This document shows, piece by piece, positions 57,754 to 64,000 of a stretch of 64,000 nt of DNA (positions within the stretch are counted from its first letter, which is position 1; each line of letters begins with the position of its first letter). The translations under genes and the position numbers were made by a program. Under the pieces are notes generated by a model. That model was given only the letters and a program-made list of their open reading frames with translations. It was not told the DNA's origin and made no database searches. Source of the stretch: Thermoplasmata archaeon. GTDB lineage: Archaea; Thermoplasmatota; Thermoplasmata; Thermoplasmatales; ARK-15. The stretch covers positions 653 to 64,652 of the forward strand of contig JAGDXS010000019.1 in assembly GCA_023261755.1 (NCBI GenBank), given 5' to 3'.

Positions 57754-59018
57754 TTACCCATTTTCAATTTATCAATTATTTCCTTTGCTTTATCTAGTCT
57801 TACTTTTCCCTCCTTTACCATTTCTTCTGCCACTCTGTCTATCATATCACCTTGTGCGCCCGCCATAATTGCTATGTTTCTAGCATGAAGGCTCATGTGT
57901 CCCTTTTGTATTCCTTCAGTTGCAAGTGCCCTGATTGCAGCAAAGTTCTGGGCCAAGCCAACAGCAGCAAGTACTGATGCAAATTCCTTTGCATCATTAA
58001 CACCTAAAATTTTTCTTGCTATCTTTGCCTTAGGATGTGAAGATGAAGCACCTCCTACAGTTCCAACTGCAAGTGGAAGTTCTATTGTCCCAATGAGATC
58101 GCCATTTTCATCCTTTTCCCACTTGCTCAAGCTTTGGTATCCATTCAATGATGCATATGCATGAGCACCTGCCTCCACTGCCCTCCAATCGTTTGCAGTT
58201 GCAAGTATCACAGCATCTATACCGTTCATTATTCCTTTGTTGTGAGTAGTTGCCCTGTATGGATCTATTCTTGCAAATTCATAAGCATAAATGATACCAT
58301 CGACTGTTGCTTCACTTATTTCACTTTTTGGGAATTTTGCCCATGCCCTTGCAAGCCTCAATGTGGCCAAATTGCTTAATATCCTGAGATAAACCTTCCC
58401 TCCAGTTATGCTTTCAAGGTAAGGAGCTACTGCCTCAGCCATGGTGTTAACTGCATTGGCTCCCATTGCATCACGCACATCAACTATTAGATGAACAATT
58501 ACCATCGGGCCAAGATTGGAATCAAGAACACGTACATCTATGTTTTTGCATCCCCCTCCTAAATTTACAAGAACAGGGTCCTGTTCATTAGCTATCTTCA
58601 TTAAATTTTCTTTATTCTCAAGTATCTTGAATTTTGCAGAAAATGGATCCTTTAATTTAACAACCTGTATCTGGCCAATCATCAAAGGTTCGGACGCCAG
58701 GGCTTTGAATCCACCACCTGCCCTTGCTATTTTAGCTGCATTGCTTGCAGCCGCAACAACACTTGGCTCTTCTATGGCCATAGGTATAATGTAATCCTTC
58801 CCATTTATCAAAAAATTTGTTGCTATTCCCACAGGAAAATCCATTAAATATATCACATTTTCAATCATCCTGTTTGCCAAATCAACTGGAATTGAATTTT
58901 TAAGTGTATTTATTTCCTCCTGGCTAAGATCAGAAAAATCCTTAACCCAGGAAATCCTTTCATCTACCGTTTTATTATAGAATCCGGAAACTCTTGAGTT
59001 TTTCAATTTACCACCCAA
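57747..59018 (-). CDS. hmgA: HMG-CoA reductase, class II (soluble, bacterial type)
   Basis: 423 aa with no membrane domain; EEPSVVAA, DAMGANAVN, GTVGG, IQKGHMSLHARN. TTG start at 59018, with an in-frame stop at 59040-59042. Confidence 0.9.
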   Translation of the reverse strand: MGGKLKNSRVSGFYNKTVDERISWVKDFSDLSQEEINTLKNSIPVDLANRMIENVIYLMDFPVGIATNFLINGKDYIIPMAIEEPSVVAAASNAAKIARAGGGFKALASEPLMIGQIQVVKLKDPFSAKFKILENKENLMKIANEQDPVLVNLGGGCKNIDVRVLDSNLGPMVIVHLIVDVRDAMGANAVNTMAEAVAPYLESITGGKVYLRILSNLATLRLARAWAKFPKSEISEATVDGIIYAYEFARIDPYRATTHNKGIMNGIDAVILATANDWRAVEAGAHAYASLNGYQSLSKWEKDENGDLIGTIELPLAVGTVGGASSSHPKAKIARKILGVNDAKEFASVLAAVGLAQNFAAIRALATEGIQKGHMSLHARNIAIMAGAQGDMIDRVAEEMVKEGKVRLDKAKEIIDKLKMGNQ

Positions 59019-59115
59019 GTAAAGAAATATTCTAATTGCTTATTATTTTTTTGCATTATAAGAGAATTTATGTAATAAATTTGTTTATTTTAAAAGAAAA
59101 ATTTAGATAAGTTAA

Positions 59116-59970
59116 TTGATATGTAATATTATGCATATCAGAAAAGCAAATTTCCATTATAAGGGACCTTTTAAAATAGTAATCTGGATTATTTCAATAA
59201 TCTTCATCATTTTCATATTGGCACCAATAGTTAGGATTCTTACTTTAGTATCACCTTCAACTATTTTCACTCAGGTTATCACTCCTGGAAATTTATCATC
59301 CATAGAAATAACGCTTTACGCGGCAACTATATCAACTTTGATAATTCTTTTATTCGGTTTTCCTCTTGCATACTTACTTTCAAGATTTAAATTTCCAGGC
59401 AAAAATATACTTGATGCCATTGTCGAAATTCCAATTATGATACCACACAGCGTAGTTGGCATCGGTCTTTTATTTGTTTTTGCTGAATCTGAACCAGGTG
59501 GTATCCTATTTAACTATTTTGGAATTTCATTTGGGTACAACCTCATTGCTGTAATATTGGCTTACATTTTTGTCAGTGGAACATATGCAATAAAAACAAT
59601 GGAAGAGGCAATAAAATCCCTTCCACCACGTTTAGAAATAGTTGCAAGGACCCTGGGTGCCTCACAAACACAGGTAATTTTCAGGATTGTTATTCCACAA
59701 GTGGCAAGGAGCATTCTCACTGGTGGAATATTAAGTTGGGCAAGATCTATCAGCGAAGTGGGTGCAATTTTAATAGTTGCTCCTTATATCATTCCAGGAT
59801 ACAACGCCATTGCAGGTGTTCAAGTATACAACCAATTTGAAGTAACTGGCTTAGAAGGTGCAATTGGAATATCTGCCCTTCTGATAGTTATTTCCCTTGT
59901 AATATTTATTATTTTAAAAATAATCCAAGGCCAGAGGAAAATATTCTTCGTTCCAGGTGTAAGAAAATGA
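59116..59970 (+). CDS. molybdate/tungstate-type ABC transporter permease
   Basis: EAA loop MEEAIKSLPPRLEIVARTLGASQTQVIFRIVIPQ. The likely start is ATG 59131 (MHIRKANF...). Confidence 0.8.
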   Translation: MICNIMHIRKANFHYKGPFKIVIWIISIIFIIFILAPIVRILTLVSPSTIFTQVITPGNLSSIEITLYAATISTLIILLFGFPLAYLLSRFKFPGKNILDAIVEIPIMIPHSVVGIGLLFVFAESEPGGILFNYFGISFGYNLIAVILAYIFVSGTYAIKTMEEAIKSLPPRLEIVARTLGASQTQVIFRIVIPQVARSILTGGILSWARSISEVGAILIVAPYIIPGYNAIAGVQVYNQFEVTGLEGAIGISALLIVISLVIFIILKIIQGQRKIFFVPGVRK

Positions 59971-60929
59971 TTGAACTAAAAAATATTACAGTTGAGGTGC
60001 CATCCTTTAAATTGGAAAATATTAATCTTACAATAGATGATGGTGAGTACTTTATTTTACTTGGCCCTACAGGAAGTGGCAAGAGTTTGCTTTTAGATAC
60101 TATTGCAGGATCAATTTACCCTGAAGAGGGCGAAATAATAATAGATGGTAAAAATATTACTGAAATCCAGCCAGAAAAAAGAAATGTTGGATATGTACCT
60201 CAGGATTATTCCCTATTTGATCACATGAAGGTTCTTGATAATATAATATTCGGTCTAAAAGTAAGAGGAAAAACAAAGGAGGAGGCAATTGAAATAGTCC
60301 AACCTATTATTAAAAAATTAAGCATTGAAAATCTTCTTAATAAGTATCCTTATGTATTGAGCGGAGGAGAGAAGCAGAAGGTAGCGATAGCAAGGGCTTT
60401 GGCTATAAAACCAAAAATTCTTCTTTTGGATGAACCATTAACAGGAATGGATCAGAATTTAAGGGCAAGGTTTATGGAGGATTTAAAAAAAATACATGAG
60501 GATATTAATTTAACCACGTTACAGGTAACGCATTCAATGGACGAAGCAAGATATTTGGCAACTAGGGTAGGCATTCTGAATAGTGGAAAAATAGAACAAG
60601 TTGGGTTATTAGATGAAATTATGGTTATGCCAAAATCTGAATTTGTTGCATCTTTTTTGGGTCTTGAAAATATAATTTCTAATCAATTGATTAATAACAT
60701 GTTAAAAATTAATAAAAATTCTAGGATCGCCTTCAGACCTTATGATGTAATTGTTAGTGACGATGGAATAGCATTAGAAATTGAAAATTTTTTTAAAGTA
60801 CCTGAAGGAATTAAAATAACAGGTTTCATAGGAGATGATAAAATTAGCATTATTCTAGATAAAATCCCAGATATTAGAGATAATAAAATAAAAATAAAAA
60901 TTAAAAAATTTTCAATTATTCAAGATTGA
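59967..60929 (+). CDS. molybdate/tungstate-type ABC transporter ATP-binding protein
   Basis: 320 aa; GPTGSGKS, LSGGEKQKVAIARAL, LLLDEPLTGMD, C-terminal TOBE-like extension. ATGA coupling to the permease. Confidence 0.85.
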   Translation: MIELKNITVEVPSFKLENINLTIDDGEYFILLGPTGSGKSLLLDTIAGSIYPEEGEIIIDGKNITEIQPEKRNVGYVPQDYSLFDHMKVLDNIIFGLKVRGKTKEEAIEIVQPIIKKLSIENLLNKYPYVLSGGEKQKVAIARALAIKPKILLLDEPLTGMDQNLRARFMEDLKKIHEDINLTTLQVTHSMDEARYLATRVGILNSGKIEQVGLLDEIMVMPKSEFVASFLGLENIISNQLINNMLKINKNSRIAFRPYDVIVSDDGIALEIENFFKVPEGIKITGFIGDDKISIILDKIPDIRDNKIKIKIKKFSIIQD

Positions 60930-62092
60930 GAGCCCATTATTGCAATATAACCTGGCCCAGATTGTAAATATGAAGGCAGAGGTTCAGTGAATGGTTCAAG
61001 TACAGAAGGTATTGTTGCATTTGAAGTCAAAGGAACAGCATATGGAACAGGTATTGGATCAAAGTAAGTGTTTATTAGTACTTGATGGCCTATTGGTCCT
61101 AAAAGAAGTGTCAAATAATCAAGAGCCAATGTTTTATCTGGTGCAGTGAATGGTATTGTAACAGCATAGAATATCGGTCCAGCTGGGGATGCTGCTTCAG
61201 AAGGTGTTCCGGAAAGGCCAATTGGCGCTCCGCTGCTATTTACCTGGGCATAATAATTTATTGCTGTTATGTTTGTTGACCCAAGATTTACCTGCCATGG
61301 AAGTTTAATATAACCTAGGCCATAAGATTTTGCAAGACTTCTGTAGGATATTCCAAAGTATGGTTTTCCTGTTTTAATCATCGCGTCCATGCTTGCCTCA
61401 ATACCCACAGGCATAAGATGACCTGATTTGTATTTGTGCCACCATATAGCCTGGAATATGGCATTTGTATCATTTACAGGATATCCGAGGTAGCCATGGA
61501 ACCAGGCATTGTATGCAGCATTATCATGCTGAACAAGATATATTCCAGCAAGTTTCATGGCCTGTATTGCCTGGAACCCAGCAGGATCATCACTACCATT
61601 GCTTACACCAACAGTAACATTGTGCGCAGTAACAAACATGAACCAGTTAGTTTCGTTAATCTGGTTCACTTTCATTACAGTTCCATTTAAATTGACTGTT
61701 GCATTAGAGTTTGTAGCGTAAAGTATAGATATTTCATTGGTTGCAAAGACCACCATCCAGTTTGTGTAGTTGGGTGAAAGAACCATGGGTATCACGTCAG
61801 ATGCAGCTGAAGCAAATACATCATATTTCTCATGGAGTACAGATATTTCCTTTGCTGCCTTTACACTGCCCATAAAAGTTCCACCACCCGCAGAAATGGG
61901 TACGTTTGGATATAACTTTGTCCAGTTTTGTGCAATATCGTTGAACGCATACCCAAGAGATCCAGCTGCTATAATTGATACACCTTGAACAGTTGTTGAT
62001 GGTTGTGTAGCAATCATTACACCGTAACCTATAGCAAAACCTATTACTATGCCTACCACAAATAAAACTGCCGCTAATGATTTAGCATTCAT
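60920..62092 (-). CDS. membrane-anchored substrate-binding protein (WtpA/ModA-like)
   Basis: 390 aa; N-terminal TM anchor, AAGSLGYAF, GSVKAAKEI, YDVFASAASD; many N-x-S/T sequons. Confidence 0.65.
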   Translation of the reverse strand: MNAKSLAAVLFVVGIVIGFAIGYGVMIATQPSTTVQGVSIIAAGSLGYAFNDIAQNWTKLYPNVPISAGGGTFMGSVKAAKEISVLHEKYDVFASAASDVIPMVLSPNYTNWMVVFATNEISILYATNSNATVNLNGTVMKVNQINETNWFMFVTAHNVTVGVSNGSDDPAGFQAIQAMKLAGIYLVQHDNAAYNAWFHGYLGYPVNDTNAIFQAIWWHKYKSGHLMPVGIEASMDAMIKTGKPYFGISYRSLAKSYGLGYIKLPWQVNLGSTNITAINYYAQVNSSGAPIGLSGTPSEAASPAGPIFYAVTIPFTAPDKTLALDYLTLLLGPIGHQVLINTYFDPIPVPYAVPLTSNATIPSVLEPFTEPLPSYLQSGPGYIAIMGSQS

Positions 62093-62194
62093 ATATGCCT
62101 ATATGAACATAACATATTTTAAATTTATCAAAAAACTTCTAAAGATTTGTTCACATTAGTTTTCTTTAAATATGAAGAATTATTTTATTAAATT

Positions 62195-62437
62195 ATGACA
62201 TTCAGGAAATTGGGCAACGATGAGAGAAAAAATGAAGGGCCGAGAATAATACTCCTTCACAATTTTTCTGATAAAGAGGTGCTAGAATTTCTCGATTATT
62301 TAAAGAAAAATGAAAATTTAAAAAAATCTATTGTAGCTGTTACAACACCAACATCATTGAATATGCGCGTTGGAGAATTAATGAATGAATTAAGGTTGGA
62401 GGACGAAGAAATAAATAAAAATAAAGAGAAAAAATGA
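62195..62437 (+). CDS. small hypothetical protein (DUF3783-like)
   Basis: 80 aa; PRIILLHNFSDKEVLEFLDYLKKN...VAVTTPTSLNMRVGELMNEL. ATGA overlap with the mre11 start. Confidence 0.5.
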   Translation: MTFRKLGNDERKNEGPRIILLHNFSDKEVLEFLDYLKKNENLKKSIVAVTTPTSLNMRVGELMNELRLEDEEINKNKEKK

Positions 62438-63576
62438 AATTCATTCATATTTCCGATACGCATTTCGGGTCGTTCTCATCATATCAGAAAATTCATTTAA
62501 AAGAGATAGAGGAATTTAAAAAAATATTAAATTCAGACATTGATTTTTTAATTGTTTCTGGTGACATTTTTAATACACCCTTTCAAATTTTTGAAGGCTT
62601 AGATTCATTAATATCCGCCATGAGAAATTTCATTGAGAGCGGCAAAAAAATATACGCTGTTCCAGGATCTCATGACGTATCCAGTGGAGGTTCTTTATTC
62701 TCTATTTTGGATTCTGCAGGTATAATTACAAATGTTTATAGATATAAAGAAGAAAATGGCATAATTCACCTTGAAGGTACATACGACAAAAAAACAGGAA
62801 CAACAATTTATGGCGTTGGGGGAGAAACAAATTCAAGGGAAATAGACCTTTATGATAAAATTGATGTAAAACCTGAAGAAAAGAGCATATTTATATTTCA
62901 TTCGCCCATTAAAGGATCAATTGGTGTTCAAGAAGTGAGAGAACTTGACCTTGAAAAATTGCCAAAGGGATTCTCATATTATGCTGGTGGGCATGTTCAT
63001 AAAAGAATATGGAAAATCTTTAATGGATCTTACATTGTTTATCCAGGGCCATTTTTTGGATCCTCCTTTGATGAGCTTTATAATAATGTTGAAAGGGGCT
63101 ACGCTTTAGTTGAAGATTTTAAACCGAGATTCTTTAATATGGAGCCAATGAATATTTACAGATCAAACATAAATTGTGATGGAAAATCATCAAGGACCGT
63201 AATTGATGAAATAAGCATAGAATTGGAAAATGTCAATGCTGAAATAATTTTTATCAATCTATTTGGCAAGGCAATGTTCAATCCTGATGATGTAAATTTA
63301 GGTAAGTTACCAATGAGATTGAAAAGGAAATCAATAATCATGCTTAGAAAAAAGAATCTGAATTTTGAGAATGAGGCTATGCCAGCCAATTTAAGCATGG
63401 ATGATGAAATTAAAAATATTCAAAGCCCATTTTCATTTGACATAATGGATTTTGTCGAAAAACTGAAATCTGAAAGGGAAGAAGGTGAAAGAATAGATGA
63501 TTTTAAAAAAAGGTTAATCGCATCATTAAAAAATGAATTGGAAATGGTAGAGAAAAATGATAATCAAGTCCATTGA
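62434..63576 (+). CDS. mre11: DNA double-strand break repair nuclease Mre11
   Basis: 380 aa; HISDTHFG, SGDIFN, GSHD, GGHVH phosphoesterase motifs. Confidence 0.9.
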   Translation: MKFIHISDTHFGSFSSYQKIHLKEIEEFKKILNSDIDFLIVSGDIFNTPFQIFEGLDSLISAMRNFIESGKKIYAVPGSHDVSSGGSLFSILDSAGIITNVYRYKEENGIIHLEGTYDKKTGTTIYGVGGETNSREIDLYDKIDVKPEEKSIFIFHSPIKGSIGVQEVRELDLEKLPKGFSYYAGGHVHKRIWKIFNGSYIVYPGPFFGSSFDELYNNVERGYALVEDFKPRFFNMEPMNIYRSNINCDGKSSRTVIDEISIELENVNAEIIFINLFGKAMFNPDDVNLGKLPMRLKRKSIIMLRKKNLNFENEAMPANLSMDDEIKNIQSPFSFDIMDFVEKLKSEREEGERIDDFKKRLIASLKNELEMVEKNDNQVH

Positions 63577-64000
63577 CCTTCAGAATATAAGATCGCATAA
63601 GTTCACGCACATTGATTTTAAAAATGGGATCACAGTCATTACCGGAGATGTAGGAAGTGGAAAAACAACGATCCTTGAATCTATAAAATTTGCACTATTT
63701 GGTGGATCATCCCTTGATTATAAGAATCTACTTAGAATTGGTGAGGATTCTGGTTCTGTTTCATTGGAAATGGAACATGAAAATGAAAATATAAGAATAA
63801 CAAGGAAATTGAAAAAAACAAGGGATGGTTTTTCTGGTAATGATGTAACTGTAACAATAAATGGAAAAAGTAAAGATCTAAATGACAAGGAAATGAAAAA
63901 GCTAATTGCAAAAATATTCAAAGTGAACCAGTATAAGAAGAAGGATCCAATATTTTTTAAAACTGTAATATATGCATCACAGGAAGAGATGAAATCAATA
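63557..64000 (+). CDS. rad50: DNA double-strand break repair ATPase Rad50 (5' part; runs off the window)
   Basis: Not in the ORF track (no stop in the window). ATG 63557: MIIKSIDLQNIRSHKFTHIDFKNGITVITGDVGSGKTTILESIKFALFG... Open to nt 64000; 20-nt overlap with mre11. Confidence 0.9.
   Translation, partial: MIIKSIDLQNIRSHKFTHIDFKNGITVITGDVGSGKTTILESIKFALFGGSSLDYKNLLRIGEDSGSVSLEMEHENENIRITRKLKKTRDGFSGNDVTVTINGKSKDLNDKEMKKLIAKIFKVNQYKKKDPIFFKTVIYASQEEMKSI

Noticed and set aside
1-64000. CRISPR arrays, rRNA/tRNA genes, large direct or inverted repeats
   Set aside because: Reading through all spacers, I found no regularly spaced repeats and no GC-rich structured-RNA-like islands other than the IS hairpin. 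The intergenic space is too small almost everywhere.

Overview
Gene-dense, visibly AT-rich archaeal chromosomal segment. It fits best with an acidophilic Thermoplasmatales-type euryarchaeon. Supporting genes are the archaeal r-proteins L7Ae/S28e/L24e/L10e, RtcB, FtsZ and Mre11-Rad50, plus lineage-typical bacterial-type genes: DNA gyrase A/B, class II HMG-CoA reductase, a catalytic-domain-only LplA and arginine deiminase. I support about 72 protein-coding genes, two of them cut by the window edges (1..1185 and 63557..64000). I see no rRNA, tRNA or CRISPR array. The only mobile-element trace is a decayed locus at 17.2-17.8 kb where a TnpB-like 3' remnant and an rve-integrase 3' remnant meet head-to-head.

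The content is mostly housekeeping or metabolic:
- central carbon metabolism: pyruvate kinase, malate dehydrogenase
- arginine catabolism: ADI plus OTC
- beta-oxidation-like genes: three acyl-CoA dehydrogenases, a crotonase, an SDR, a thiolase with its DUF35 partner
- mevalonate pathway: hmgA, mvk
- Mo/W cofactor and uptake: moaA, moaE, a tungstate/molybdate-type ABC transporter
- a ribosomal-protein/ndk operon and glyA

Most interesting loci:
1. 31.7-37.3 kb: a conserved but functionally unassigned module. It has two MinD-type ATPases with inserted ferredoxin domains, a NifX-like protein with a Gly-Arg tail, and a DUF5320-like Gly/Arg/Trp-rich coiled-coil protein.
2. 33.9-36.9 kb: an opposite-strand four-gene cassette that splits that module. 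It encodes two unrecognisable glyco-sequon-rich surface proteins, an ABC ATPase and a membrane protein.
3. 30176-30718: an orphan PD-(D/E)xK/RecB-motif protein behind ilvE.
4. Single genes in unexpected contexts: QueH/DUF208 in an archaeon, an orphan dehydratase-type activase, an endonuclease-type MutL, and a single-cluster B12-domain radical SAM enzyme.
5. Small coupled ORFs in front of ftsZ and mre11.
6. Nine convergent gene pairs whose 3' ends physically overlap.

All family assignments rest on motifs read by eye and on memory of the families. None has been verified by search.
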